DNA from: Thiobacillus sp.
GTDB taxonomy: Bacteria > Pseudomonadota > Gammaproteobacteria > Burkholderiales > Thiobacillaceae
Direction of reading: 5' to 3'
Length of the DNA: 64,000 nt
NCBI GenBank assembly: GCA_024709425.1
Contig: JANJWS010000074.1
Coordinates: forward strand, 3,970 to 67,969
Shown here: positions 18,326 to 28,574 of the stretch, piece after piece
How positions within the stretch are numbered: the first letter of the stretch is position 1
Layout of the letters: each line of letters begins with the position of its first letter
Notes under the pieces: model-generated
The model's input: the letters and a program-made list of their open reading frames with translations, nothing else
Database searches by the model: none
What the model was told of the DNA's origin: nothing
Position numbers and translations under genes: made by a program

Positions 18326-19429
18326 ATGACCCAGGTGCTTTGCGTCGCCGGGGCGCGCCCCAATTTCATGAAGATCGCGCCGGTGATGGCGGCGCTGGCG
18401 GAGACCGGCATCGCCGCGCAGTTGCTGCACACGGGGCAGCACTACGATGCGGCGATGAGCGATGGCTTCTTCGCCGATCTCGGCATCCCACCGCCCGACC
18501 ACCATCTCGAAGTCGGATCGGGCAGTCACGCGGTGCAGACGGCCGAGGTGATGAAACGCTTCGAGCCGGTCCTGGAACGTGTGCAGCCGGGTGCAGTGCT
18601 GGTGGTCGGCGACGTCAACTCCACCATCGCCTGCGCGCTGGTGGCAGCCAAGCGCGGCGTGCGCGTGATCCATGTCGAGGCGGGCCTGAGGAGCTACGAC
18701 CGCAGCATGCCGGAGGAAATCAACCGAGTGCTCACGGACCAGATCTCCGACCTGCTGTTCACCACGGAGAAGAGCGCGCTCGCCAACCTGGTGCGCGAGG
18801 GGATCGACCCGGCCCGCGTCGAGTTCGTCGGCAACGTCATGATCGACACCCTGTACCGCAACCTGGCGCGCGCCGTGCCGGCGGCGCAGACGCTCGGTGC
18901 GGTCCTGCCGCAGTATGCGGTGCTCACGCTGCATCGCCCCTCCAACGTCGACGATCCCGACACGCTCGCTGCATTGCTCGACGTCGTCGGCGAGATCAAC
19001 CGCAGCCTGCCGGTGGTGCTGCCTCTGCACCCGCGCACGCGCGCCAACGTCGAGAAGTTCGGCTTCTCCGCGAAGCTCGACGGCCTGCGCCTGCTGCCGC
19101 CGGTGGGTTATCTGGAAATGCTCGGGTTGATGCGCGATGCGAAACTGGTGCTTACCGATTCTGGCGGCATCCAGGAAGAGACGACGGCGCTCGGCGTGCC
19201 CTGCCTCACCCTGCGCGAAAACACCGAGCGTCCCATCACCCTCGCCGAAGGTACCAACACCCTGGTTGGCCCCGATCCGGCGGCGATCCGTTCGGCGTTT
19301 GCCGAAGTGATGGCAGGCGGCGGCAAGGCCGGGCGCATTCCCGAATACTGGGACGGCCGCGCGGCGATGCGCATCGCCCACCACCTCAAGGGCTGGCTGC
19401 CCGCGCAGAAGGGCCGACGCAACGCATGA
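18326..19429 (+). CDS. wecB: UDP-N-acetylglucosamine 2-epimerase family (non-hydrolysing), paralog 1
   Basis: GARPNFMK, HTGQHYD, HVEAGLRS, MPEEINR, TDSGGIQEE, TERP. Confidence 0.9.
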   Translation: MTQVLCVAGARPNFMKIAPVMAALAETGIAAQLLHTGQHYDAAMSDGFFADLGIPPPDHHLEVGSGSHAVQTAEVMKRFEPVLERVQPGAVLVVGDVNSTIACALVAAKRGVRVIHVEAGLRSYDRSMPEEINRVLTDQISDLLFTTEKSALANLVREGIDPARVEFVGNVMIDTLYRNLARAVPAAQTLGAVLPQYAVLTLHRPSNVDDPDTLAALLDVVGEINRSLPVVLPLHPRTRANVEKFGFSAKLDGLRLLPPVGYLEMLGLMRDAKLVLTDSGGIQEETTALGVPCLTLRENTERPITLAEGTNTLVGPDPAAIRSAFAEVMAGGGKAGRIPEYWDGRAAMRIAHHLKGWLPAQKGRRNA

Positions 19430-20259
19430 AAAACGCCCTCACGATCGACGTCGAGGACTATTTCCAGGTATCGGCGTTCGCCCCCTACATCCCCCGTGAG
19501 GACTGGGACCGTCTGCCCTGCCGCGTCGAGCGCAACGTCGATCTCATTCTCGGCCTGCTCGACGACGCGGGGACCCACGCGACGTTTTTCACGCTCGGCT
19601 GGATCGCCGAGCGCCATCCGCAGGTGGTGCGCCGCATTGTCGACAACGGCCACGAGCTCGCCAGCCACGGTTACGGCCATCAGCGTGCCAGCGATCTGTC
19701 GCCGGAGGCGTTTCGCGACGACGTCGTGCGCGCCAAACGGTTGCTCGAGGATCTCGGCGGAGTTGCGGTGCGCGGCTATCGTGCACCGAGTTTTTCGATC
19801 AACGGCAGCAACGCGTGGGCAATCGACGAACTGGGAAACGCCGGTTATACGTATAGCTCCAGCATTTATCCGGTGCGTCACGATCACTACGGCATGCCCG
19901 ATGCGCCGCGCTTTCCTTACCGGCCACGCGGCGAGGGCGGAATCCTTGAACTGCCGCCGACCACCGTGCCGATGTTCGGACGCAACCTGCCCGCCGCCGG
20001 CGGCGGCTGGTTCCGCCTGCTGCCGTACGGGGTGTCGCGATGGATGCTGCGCCGCGTCAACATCGCGGAAGGGGCGCCGTGCATGTTCTACTTTCACCCG
20101 TGGGAGGTCGACGCCGGGCAGCCGCGCCCGCATGGGCTGTCTCCGAAGACGCGCTTCCGCCATTACGTCAATCTGCAACGTATGCCGGGCAGACTGCGCC
20201 AGTTGCTCAATGATTTTTCATGGGACCGCGTCGATCGCGTGTTTCTGCCCAGGACGTGA
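19426..20259 (+). CDS. Polysaccharide deacetylase, XrtA system (TIGR03006-like)
   Basis: TIDVEDYF, ATFFTLG, HELASHG, YRAPSFS, YFHPWE. Confidence 0.9.
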   Translation: MKNALTIDVEDYFQVSAFAPYIPREDWDRLPCRVERNVDLILGLLDDAGTHATFFTLGWIAERHPQVVRRIVDNGHELASHGYGHQRASDLSPEAFRDDVVRAKRLLEDLGGVAVRGYRAPSFSINGSNAWAIDELGNAGYTYSSSIYPVRHDHYGMPDAPRFPYRPRGEGGILELPPTTVPMFGRNLPAAGGGWFRLLPYGVSRWMLRRVNIAEGAPCMFYFHPWEVDAGQPRPHGLSPKTRFRHYVNLQRMPGRLRQLLNDFSWDRVDRVFLPRT

Positions 20260-20261
20260 AC

Positions 20262-21326
20262 ATGCAGGCCGAACCTTGCGCACCGAGCGCCGCCGTCGCC
20301 GACGTGGTGGTGCGCCCTTTCGCGGTGAGCGATGTGCGCCACTGGGATGCCTATGTTCAGGCGCACCCCGATGCCACCTTCTTCCATCGCGCCGGTTGGA
20401 AGCGGGTGATCGAGGACGCCTTCGGTCACCGTACCCATTTCCTTCTGGCGGAACGGGGCGGCGAGATCGTTGGCGTGCTGCCGCTGGCCGAGATCAGGAG
20501 CCGCCTGTTCGGTCACAGCCTCGGTTCGCTGCCGTTCTGCGCCTACGGCGGCATTCTTGCCGACCATGACGCGGCGTATCGGGCGCTCGACGCGGCGGCG
20601 CAGGCGCTGGCGCAGCGGCTGAACGTCGGCGCGCTCGAATACCGCAACCTCGCGGCGCAGCACGCCCACTGGCCGACCAAGGACCTGTACGTCACCTTCA
20701 GAAAAGCGATCGCACCGGAAATCGAAGCGAACATGAACGCCATCCCCCGCAAGCAGCGCGCCATGGTGCGAAAGGGCATCAAGGCCGGGCTCGTCGGCGA
20801 GATCGACAGCGACACCATGCGCTTCTTCGAGGCCTATTCGGCGAGCGTGCACCGGCTCGGTACACCGGTGTTCTCGCGGCGTTATTTCCGCCTGTTGAAA
20901 GAGGAATTCGGCGATGACTGCGAAGTGCTCACCATCACGCTCGAAGGCAGGCTGATCGCCAGCGTGCTGTCGTTCTATTTTCGCGACGAAGTGCTCCCCT
21001 ACTATGGTGGCGGCGTGGCGGCGGCGCGCGCGGTGGCCGGCAACGATTTCCTGTACTGGGACCTGATGCGGCGCGCGTGCGAACGCGGCATCAAGGTGTT
21101 CGACTTCGGCCGCAGCAAACGTGGCACCGGTTCGTTCGACTTCAAGAAGAACTGGGGATTCGAGCCGGCGCCGCTGTATTACGAATATTTTCTCGTGAAG
21201 GACCGCGAGGTTCCCGAGATCAATCCACTCAACCCGAAGTACCGGCTGTTCATCCAGGCCTGGAAGAAGATGCCGCTGCCGCTCGCCAACGCGATCGGGC
21301 CGCACATCGTAAAGAATCTGGGGTGA
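20262..21326 (+). CDS. FemAB-related GNAT-fold protein, XrtA system (TIGR03019-like)
   Basis: ATFFH, PFCAYGG, KQRAMVRKG, FDFGRS, FKKNWG. Confidence 0.9.
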   Translation: MQAEPCAPSAAVADVVVRPFAVSDVRHWDAYVQAHPDATFFHRAGWKRVIEDAFGHRTHFLLAERGGEIVGVLPLAEIRSRLFGHSLGSLPFCAYGGILADHDAAYRALDAAAQALAQRLNVGALEYRNLAAQHAHWPTKDLYVTFRKAIAPEIEANMNAIPRKQRAMVRKGIKAGLVGEIDSDTMRFFEAYSASVHRLGTPVFSRRYFRLLKEEFGDDCEVLTITLEGRLIASVLSFYFRDEVLPYYGGGVAAARAVAGNDFLYWDLMRRACERGIKVFDFGRSKRGTGSFDFKKNWGFEPAPLYYEYFLVKDREVPEINPLNPKYRLFIQAWKKMPLPLANAIGPHIVKNLG

Positions 21327-21498
21327 GGCGCAGCATGGCATTTCAGGGCACCGCGGTGTGGGTCTCGATCCTGCGTCCCGCTCCCGGTTTCTCCGCAGGG
21401 GGCACCAGCCGTTCGACCGAGTTCACCAGCGGGCAACGTCCTGGTGATTTCACGCCCCGGCGAGGGGGTGCAGTTTTCGTTTCGCGAGCCCAAGCCGC

Positions 21499-22722
21499 AT
21501 GAGCGACGGCCTGCTGTTCCTTGCCCACCGCATTCCCTATCCGCCCAACAAGGGTGACAAGATCCGCTCGTTCCACCTGCTGCGTCATCTGAGCGCGTGT
21601 TACCGCATTTACCTGGGCGCATTCGTCGACGATCCGGACGACTGGCAGCATCAGGACACCCTTCGGCAATGGTGCGAAGAGGTCAAGCTACTACCGCTGC
21701 ATCCGCGCCGGGCGAAGCTCGCGAGCCTTGCAGGGCTGCTCACCGGCGAGGCGCTGACGCTACCGTACTATCGTAACGGCGCGCTGGCCCGCTGGGCCGC
21801 GGCGCGTGCGGCCGAGGGCGCGGTGACGCGAGGGCTGGCCTACTCGTCGGCGATGGCACAGTTCATGCCGCAGGGGCTGGCGCGCCGCGTGATCGACATG
21901 GTCGACGTGGATTCGGACAAATGGGCGCAGTACGCACCGACGCAGCGCTGGCCGCTGTCGTGGGTGTACGCACGGGAGGGCCGCAAGCTTGCAGCTTGGG
22001 AAGCGCGTGTGGCGGCCGACTTCGATGCCACGCTGCTGGTCTCGCAGGATGAAGCGGCGCTGCTGCGACAGCGTGCCCCCGCCGCGCGACAAAAAATCGG
22101 CACGTTCGAAAATGGCGTCGATGCGGACTATTTTTCACCGGCACGCGACTACCCGAATCCGTTTGCGCCGGCTACGCTCGGCGTGGTATTCACCGGCGCC
22201 ATGGACTACTGGCCCAACATCGATGCCGTAACGTGGTTCGCCGAGCACATCTTCCCGGCAGTGCGGGCGACGGTGCCGTTGGCGCAATTCACAATCGTCG
22301 GCAGCCGGCCGGCCGAGACGGTGCAGGCACTCGCCCGTCTTGAAGGTGTGGCGGTCACGGGCGGCGTGCCCGACGTACGGCCGTATCTTGCGCACGCGGC
22401 CTGCGCGGTGGCGCCACTGCGGATCGCACGTGGGGTACAGAACAAGGTACTGGAGGCGATGGCGATGGCGCGTCCGGTGGTGGCGACGCCGCAGGCTGCC
22501 GAGGGTATCCGCGCCGTGGCGGGGCGCGATTTCCAGCTGGCGTGCGACGAGACCGGTTTCGCCGCTGCCGTCGTCGCGGCATTGCGTGCGCCTGCAAGCA
22601 ACCCCCAGGCACGCGAATGCATCCTGGCCCACTATGACTGGACTCGTAATGTGTCGGTGGTCGATCCGTTGCTCGACAGCGCGGCGGCCATGCCGCCTTT
22701 CCTGGAGATTTGCCCCGCATGA
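21499..22722 (+). CDS. GT4 glycosyltransferase, XrtA system (TIGR03087-like)
   Basis: HRIPYPPNKGDKIRS, DVDSDKW, GAMDYWPN, GVQNKVLEAMA. Confidence 0.9.
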   Translation: MSDGLLFLAHRIPYPPNKGDKIRSFHLLRHLSACYRIYLGAFVDDPDDWQHQDTLRQWCEEVKLLPLHPRRAKLASLAGLLTGEALTLPYYRNGALARWAAARAAEGAVTRGLAYSSAMAQFMPQGLARRVIDMVDVDSDKWAQYAPTQRWPLSWVYAREGRKLAAWEARVAADFDATLLVSQDEAALLRQRAPAARQKIGTFENGVDADYFSPARDYPNPFAPATLGVVFTGAMDYWPNIDAVTWFAEHIFPAVRATVPLAQFTIVGSRPAETVQALARLEGVAVTGGVPDVRPYLAHAACAVAPLRIARGVQNKVLEAMAMARPVVATPQAAEGIRAVAGRDFQLACDETGFAAAVVAALRAPASNPQARECILAHYDWTRNVSVVDPLLDSAAAMPPFLEICPA

Positions 22723-24260
22723 GCGCCTTGCCCGAATCGCTCCCCGTTTCCGCCGGCGGCCGCTGGCGCGTTCGCAGCGTCATCATGGCCGGGGTCCTCG
22801 CCGCATTGTTCACCCTGTTCTGGCCGACGTTCTTCTCGATGGCCGAAATATGGGAACGTTCGGAGACCTTCGCGCATGGTTACATCATTTTCCCCATCAG
22901 CCTGTGGCTGATCTGGCGCCAGCGTGATGAACTGGCGCAGGTGCCGACGCGTCCCGACGCGCGTGGGCTACTGCTGCTGGTGGCGGCCGGGGCCGGCTGG
23001 CTGCTGGCTGATGCCGGCAGCGTCAACGTGGTCGCGCAATATGCGTTTATCGCATTGCTGATCGGTGCCGTGTGGACGCTGTTGGGGTGGGCGTTCGTAT
23101 GGGCCGCGTTCTTCCCGCTGATGTTCCTGTTCTTTGCAGTGCCGGTGGGGGAATTCCTGATCCAGCCGCTGATGGGCGTGACCGCTGACTTTACCGTCGC
23201 GATGTTGCAGCTGACCGGCATTCCAGTCTATCGGGAAGGGACGTTCTTCAGCATTCCCAGCGGCGACTGGTCGGTGGTGGAGGGTTGTTCGGGGCTGCGC
23301 TATCTCATCGCCTCGGTCACGCTGGGCGTGCTCTATGCTTACCTGACGTATCGTTCGTGGAAGCGACGCCTGCTGTTTTCGATTGCCGCAATCATCGTGC
23401 CGATTTTTGCCAACAGCGGGCGTGCCTACATGATCGTCATGATCGCGCACCTGTCGGACATGAAGCTCGCCCTTGGCGTCGATCATTACATCTATGGCTG
23501 GGCGTTTTTTGGCCTGGTCATGCTGTTGCTGTTCTGGGTCGGCGGTTTCTGGCGCGAGGACGGTCAGCCGCAGACCCGGATGCCAGGCGTGGCCCCGCTG
23601 GAAGCCGAGCCACCACGCCCCCTCCTGCCGTTTGCCCTGCTTGTGTTGGGGGTGTCCGGGGTGTGGCCCGGCTACGCGGCATGGCTGAATGCACGCCCGT
23701 TGCCGGCCATGCCGGAGATGCGTGTCGACGCACGAGGCGGCTGGCAGGCCCGGGAGGCCTTCACCTCCTGGGCGCCGCACTGGGTCGGTGCCGACCGCCA
23801 GTTCCGCGAAAGCTATGCGCAGGCGGGGCGCAGGGTCATGCTGGAGCTCAATTACTATGCCACTCAGCGCCAGGATGCCGAACTGATCAACTCGCAGAAC
23901 TTCATGATCCGCCAGAAGGATGAGGTCTGGTCGAATGTCGGCGAGCGTATCCTGGTGGTCGAGATCGCTGGCGTATCGCGTGCGGTGAGGCAGGCGAAAC
24001 TGCTTGGCCGGGACGGCCAGCGCCTGCTGGTGTGGCAGTGGAACCGGATCGGTGAGTACGGTACCGTCAACGATCACGTCGCCAAGCTCATGCTCGCGCT
24101 CGATCGCGTGCGCATGCGGCGTGACGATGGTCTTTCGGTTCTGATCGCCACGCCTTACGACGAATCGGGGCTCGACATGGCGGCGGCCACACTGTCACGT
24201 TTCGCCGCGGACATGGAGCCGGCAATCATCGTGGCGCTCGATCGGGTTGACGGGCAGTGA
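22719..24260 (+). CDS. xrtA: Exosortase A (EpsH) fused to an EpsI domain
   Basis: Multi-TM; catalytic Cys (EGCSGLRY), Arg (NSGRAY), His (VDHYIYGW); C-terminal periplasmic EpsI-like domain. Confidence 0.93.
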   Translation: MSALPESLPVSAGGRWRVRSVIMAGVLAALFTLFWPTFFSMAEIWERSETFAHGYIIFPISLWLIWRQRDELAQVPTRPDARGLLLLVAAGAGWLLADAGSVNVVAQYAFIALLIGAVWTLLGWAFVWAAFFPLMFLFFAVPVGEFLIQPLMGVTADFTVAMLQLTGIPVYREGTFFSIPSGDWSVVEGCSGLRYLIASVTLGVLYAYLTYRSWKRRLLFSIAAIIVPIFANSGRAYMIVMIAHLSDMKLALGVDHYIYGWAFFGLVMLLLFWVGGFWREDGQPQTRMPGVAPLEAEPPRPLLPFALLVLGVSGVWPGYAAWLNARPLPAMPEMRVDARGGWQAREAFTSWAPHWVGADRQFRESYAQAGRRVMLELNYYATQRQDAELINSQNFMIRQKDEVWSNVGERILVVEIAGVSRAVRQAKLLGRDGQRLLVWQWNRIGEYGTVNDHVAKLMLALDRVRMRRDDGLSVLIATPYDESGLDMAAATLSRFAADMEPAIIVALDRVDGQ

Positions 24261-25426
24261 CCGACCACATCGTGCACATCGTCCACCGCTTCGATACGGG
24301 CGGCATGGAAAACGGCATGGTCAACCTCTTCAACACGCTCTCGCCGACGCGTTTCCGCCATACCGTGGTGGCGCTCACCGACTACAGTGGTTTTCGCCAC
24401 CGTATCACGGCACAGCGGGTCGATTTTCATGCATTGCACCGCGCCCCGGGCAACGGGCTCGGCTGGACGGTACGGCTGTGGAAACTCCTGCGCGCGCTCA
24501 AGCCTGATCTCGTGCACACTCGCAACCTCGCGGCGCTGGAGGCGCAATTCGTGGCGGCTGCGGCCGGCATCCGTGCCACGGTGCATGGCGAGCATGGCCG
24601 CGACGTGTTCGATCTGCATGGCCGCAACTGGAAATACAATCTGCTGCGCCGAGCGGCCCGTCCCCTGGTGTCGAACTACATCACGGTGAGCCGCGACCTG
24701 GAAGGCTGGCTGCGGCGCGACATTGGCGTTCCGGCGCGCAGGGTGCACCAGATCTACAACGGCGTCGACAGCGTGAAGTTTCATCCGCGCAGCGGTCCGC
24801 GCCCAGACTCCGCCCATCCGGACAGCATCGTGTTCGGCTCGGTGGGGCGCATGGTGGCGGTGAAGGACTATCCTCTTCTGGTGCGTGCCTTCATCCAGAT
24901 GCTGCGTCAGCAGCCAGACCGTGCCGAACGCGCACGTCTGGTCATCGTTGGCGAGGGGCCGGTTCGCCAGGAGTGCCTCGACATGCTGCAGGGTGCAGGC
25001 CTCGCGCACTTGGCCTGGTTGCCGGGCGAGCGTGACGACATTGCGGCAATCTTGCAGGCCTTGGATGTCTTCGTGCTGCCTTCCCGAAACGAGGGAATCT
25101 CCAATACCATTCTGGAAGCCTTCGCGAGCGGACTGCCCGTTATCGCCACGGCGGTGGGTGGCAATGTCGAGCTGGTGGAAGACGGTGTCAATGGCCAGTT
25201 GGTTGCGTCGGAGGATCTGGATGGGATGGTACGCGCCTTGCTCGACTATCTCGACTCGCCGGCACGCATCACGGGGCATGGCCGGAACGCGCGCAAAACC
25301 GCCGAGCAGCGCTTCAGTATTCCGGTGATGGCCGCGGCGTACACCTCCGTATACGAGCAGACGCTTGCGGCGCATGCCGGACGTTCATCGACCGGCGGGA
25401 AAAATCGACAAGATGGGGATTCATAA
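24257..25426 (+). CDS. GT4 glycosyltransferase, XrtA system (TIGR03088-like)
   Basis: GGMENGMVN, HTRN, HGEHG, EGISNTILEA. Confidence 0.9.
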   Translation: MTDHIVHIVHRFDTGGMENGMVNLFNTLSPTRFRHTVVALTDYSGFRHRITAQRVDFHALHRAPGNGLGWTVRLWKLLRALKPDLVHTRNLAALEAQFVAAAAGIRATVHGEHGRDVFDLHGRNWKYNLLRRAARPLVSNYITVSRDLEGWLRRDIGVPARRVHQIYNGVDSVKFHPRSGPRPDSAHPDSIVFGSVGRMVAVKDYPLLVRAFIQMLRQQPDRAERARLVIVGEGPVRQECLDMLQGAGLAHLAWLPGERDDIAAILQALDVFVLPSRNEGISNTILEAFASGLPVIATAVGGNVELVEDGVNGQLVASEDLDGMVRALLDYLDSPARITGHGRNARKTAEQRFSIPVMAAAYTSVYEQTLAAHAGRSSTGGKNRQDGDS

Positions 25427-25431
25427 GAGGT

Positions 25432-27351
25432 ATGTGCGGCATCACCGGCATCTTTGACACACGCGGCGGCAGCGACGTTTCACGCGCGCTGCTGCACCGC
25501 ATGAACGAGACCCAGTTCCACCGCGGTCCCGATGAGGGCGGCCTGCACCTGGAGCCGGGTGTCGGCCTGGGGCACCGCCGCCTTTCCATCATCGACCTGT
25601 CGACCGGGCAGCAGCCGCTGTTCAACGAAGACGGCTCGGTGGTCGTCGTGTTCAACGGCGAGATCTACAACTTCCAGGAACTGGTCCCGGAGCTCGAAGC
25701 GCTCGGCCATACCTTCCGCACGCACTCCGACACCGAAGTGATCGTGCACGCCTGGGAGGCGTGGGGCGAGGCGTGCGTGGCGCGCTTTCGCGGCATGTTC
25801 GCCTTCGCGCTGTGGGACCGCAAGGCCGAAACACTGTTCGTGGTGCGTGACCGTTTCGGCGTCAAGCCGCTCTACTACGCATTTCTCGACGATGGCCATT
25901 TCGTCTTCGGTTCCGAACTGAAATCGCTGATGGCGCACCCCGGCCTGCGGCGCGACATCGATTCGCTGGCGGTCGAAGAATACTTCGCCTATGGCTACGT
26001 GCCCGAGCCGCGCACCATTTTCCGGCGCGTCTACAAACTGCCGCCAGGTTTCACGCTGACCCTGAAGCGCGGCCAGCCGCGCGCACTGCCGAAGCAATAC
26101 TGGGACATGCCGTTCACGCCGGTGGCGGTGAAGGACGACGCCGAGGCGTGCGAGGAACTCGTGCGCCGCCTGCAGGAATCGATCCGGCTGCGCATGATCG
26201 CCGACGTGCCGCTCGGCGCCTTCCTGTCTGGCGGTGTCGATTCCAGTGCGGTGGTGGCGATGATGGCTACGCAGTCCACGACGCCCGTCAACACCTGCTC
26301 GATCGGCTTCGACGATCCCGCCTACAACGAGGTCGAGTTCGCGCAGCAGGTCGCCGATCGCTACCGAACCGCGCATCACGTCGAGACGGTCGCCGCCGGC
26401 GATTTCACCCTGGTCGGCAAGCTCGCGCAGGTGTACGACGAGCCCTATGCCGATTCGTCCGCACTGCCCACCTACCGGGTGTGCGAGCTGGCGCGCAAGC
26501 ACGTGAAGGTCGCACTGTCGGGCGACGGTGGCGACGAGCATTTTGCGGGGTACCGCCGCTATCGCTGGTTCCGCTACGAGGAGCGCATGCGCGCGGTCCT
26601 GCCGCTGGCGCTGCGCCGGCCCTTGTTCGGCACCCTCGGTCGCCTCTACCCGAAGGCCGACTGGGCGCCGAAGGTGTTCCGCGCCAAGACCACCTTCGAG
26701 GCGCTTGCGCGCGACACCGTCGAGGGTTATTTCCACGGCGTCTCGCTGCTGTCCGACGCGCAGCGCCGGCGCCTGTTCTCGCCCGCGTTCCGGCGCGAGC
26801 TGCAGGGCTACGAGGCGGTCGAGGTGCTGCGCCGCCACGCCACGGTCGCGCCCACCGACGATCCCCTGTCGCTGGTGCAATATCTCGACATGAAGACCTA
26901 CCTTGTCGGTGACATCCTCACCAAGGTCGACCGCGCCAGCATGGCGCACGCACTCGAGGTGCGCGAACCGCTGCTCGACCACGAACTGATGGGCTGGGTC
27001 TCGGGCCTGCCGGTGGACCTCAAACTGCGCGGCACCGAGGGCAAGTATCTGCTGAAGAAGGCGATGGAACCCTACCTGCCGCACGACGTGCTGTACCGGA
27101 AGAAGATGGGTTTCGCGGTCCCACTGGAAGCCTGGTTCCGCGGGCCGCTCGCCGCCACCATCCGCAGCGTGGTGCTGGGTGAGCGCTTGGCGTCGACCGG
27201 CCTGTTCGATACCGCCTACCTGCGCGAAGTGGTCGAGGCGCATCAGTCCGGGCGGCGCGATTACTCGGTCGTGCTGTGGACGGTACTGATGTTCGATGCC
27301 TTCCTCGGCCAGGTGCTGGGCATGGATGACTCGGAGCGGCGCGCCGCATGA
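25432..27351 (+). CDS. asnB: Asparagine synthase-like glutamine amidotransferase, XrtA system (TIGR03108-like)
   Basis: N-terminal MCGI nucleophile, HRGPD, NGEIYN, FLSGGVDSS, SGDGGDE, KVDRASMA. Confidence 0.92.
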   Translation: MCGITGIFDTRGGSDVSRALLHRMNETQFHRGPDEGGLHLEPGVGLGHRRLSIIDLSTGQQPLFNEDGSVVVVFNGEIYNFQELVPELEALGHTFRTHSDTEVIVHAWEAWGEACVARFRGMFAFALWDRKAETLFVVRDRFGVKPLYYAFLDDGHFVFGSELKSLMAHPGLRRDIDSLAVEEYFAYGYVPEPRTIFRRVYKLPPGFTLTLKRGQPRALPKQYWDMPFTPVAVKDDAEACEELVRRLQESIRLRMIADVPLGAFLSGGVDSSAVVAMMATQSTTPVNTCSIGFDDPAYNEVEFAQQVADRYRTAHHVETVAAGDFTLVGKLAQVYDEPYADSSALPTYRVCELARKHVKVALSGDGGDEHFAGYRRYRWFRYEERMRAVLPLALRRPLFGTLGRLYPKADWAPKVFRAKTTFEALARDTVEGYFHGVSLLSDAQRRRLFSPAFRRELQGYEAVEVLRRHATVAPTDDPLSLVQYLDMKTYLVGDILTKVDRASMAHALEVREPLLDHELMGWVSGLPVDLKLRGTEGKYLLKKAMEPYLPHDVLYRKKMGFAVPLEAWFRGPLAATIRSVVLGERLASTGLFDTAYLREVVEAHQSGRRDYSVVLWTVLMFDAFLGQVLGMDDSERRAA

Positions 27352-28574
27352 AAATCCTTCACGTCTTCGACCACACCCTGCCGCTGCATTCCGGCTACAC
27401 CTTCCGCAGCGCGGCGATCCTGCGCAACCAGAGGAAGCTCGGCTGGGAGACCTTCCATCTTTCGGGTCCCAAGCAACTGGACTGCACCGTGGCGGAGGAG
27501 GACGCCGACGGCCTGCACTTCTACCGCACGCCGAAGCCGACGGGTCTGCTGGCGAAGCTGCCGGGCGGCGATCCCTTCGCGGTGATGGCGGCGCTCCAAA
27601 AGCGCCTGCTGCCGCTGGCGCGCGAACTCAAGCCCGATGTCATCCATGCGCATTCGCCGGTGCTCGACGCCGTGCCGGCGATCCGTGTCGGGCGCGCGCT
27701 CGGCATCCCGGTCGTCTATGAAATTCGCGCGTTCTGGGAAGATGCCGCGGTCGATCACGGCAGCACGCGTGAAGACAGTCTGCGCTACAAGCTCACGCGT
27801 GCGCTCGAAACCTGGGCCGTGCGGCACGCCGATGCCGTCACCGTCATCTGCGAGGGCCTGCGCCGCGATCTCGTGTCGCGCGGCATCGTGGCAGGCAAGA
27901 TCACCGTCATTCCGAATGCGGTCGACATCGAGAAATTCGAGATGGGCGGCAAACCCGACCCCGAACTGAAACTGAAACTCGGGCTGGGCGGCAGTCGCGT
28001 GCTCGGCTTCATCGGCTCCTTCTATGCCTACGAGGGGCTGGATCTCCTCGTTTCCGCACTGCCTGCGATCGTCAGGCAGATCCCCGACGTCAAGGTGCTG
28101 CTGGTGGGCGGCGGGCCGCAGGATGCGGCGCTGAAACAGCAGGTGATGCGGCTCGACCTCAAGGACCGCGTGATCTTCACCGGTCGTGTGCCGCATGCCG
28201 AAGTCAACCGCTACTACGACCTCGTCGATGTGCTGGTGTACGCACGTCACCCCATGCGACTGACCGATCTGGTCACGCCGCTCAAGCCGCTGGAGGCGAT
28301 GGCGCAGGGGCGGCTGATGGTCGCGTCCGACGTCGGCGGGCACAAGGAACTCATCGACGACGGCAAGACCGGCGTGCTGTTCCGTGCAGGCGACGTCGAC
28401 GACCTCGCGGCCAAGGTGGTGAGTCTGCTGCAAGACGAGCAGGGCTGGGACGCACTGAAGCAGGCCGGTCGCCGCTTCGTCGAGACCGAGCGCAACTGGG
28501 CTGCCAGCGTGGCGCGCTACCGCGATGTCTATGGCAGCCTCGTTCCCGCTGGAATGGAGGCCGTGCTTGGCTGA
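27348..28574 (+). CDS. GT4 glycosyltransferase, XrtA system (TIGR04063-like)
   Basis: PLHSGYTFRS, RAFWEDA, YAYEGL, TPLKPLEAMA. Confidence 0.9.
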   Translation: MKILHVFDHTLPLHSGYTFRSAAILRNQRKLGWETFHLSGPKQLDCTVAEEDADGLHFYRTPKPTGLLAKLPGGDPFAVMAALQKRLLPLARELKPDVIHAHSPVLDAVPAIRVGRALGIPVVYEIRAFWEDAAVDHGSTREDSLRYKLTRALETWAVRHADAVTVICEGLRRDLVSRGIVAGKITVIPNAVDIEKFEMGGKPDPELKLKLGLGGSRVLGFIGSFYAYEGLDLLVSALPAIVRQIPDVKVLLVGGGPQDAALKQQVMRLDLKDRVIFTGRVPHAEVNRYYDLVDVLVYARHPMRLTDLVTPLKPLEAMAQGRLMVASDVGGHKELIDDGKTGVLFRAGDVDDLAAKVVSLLQDEQGWDALKQAGRRFVETERNWAASVARYRDVYGSLVPAGMEAVLG

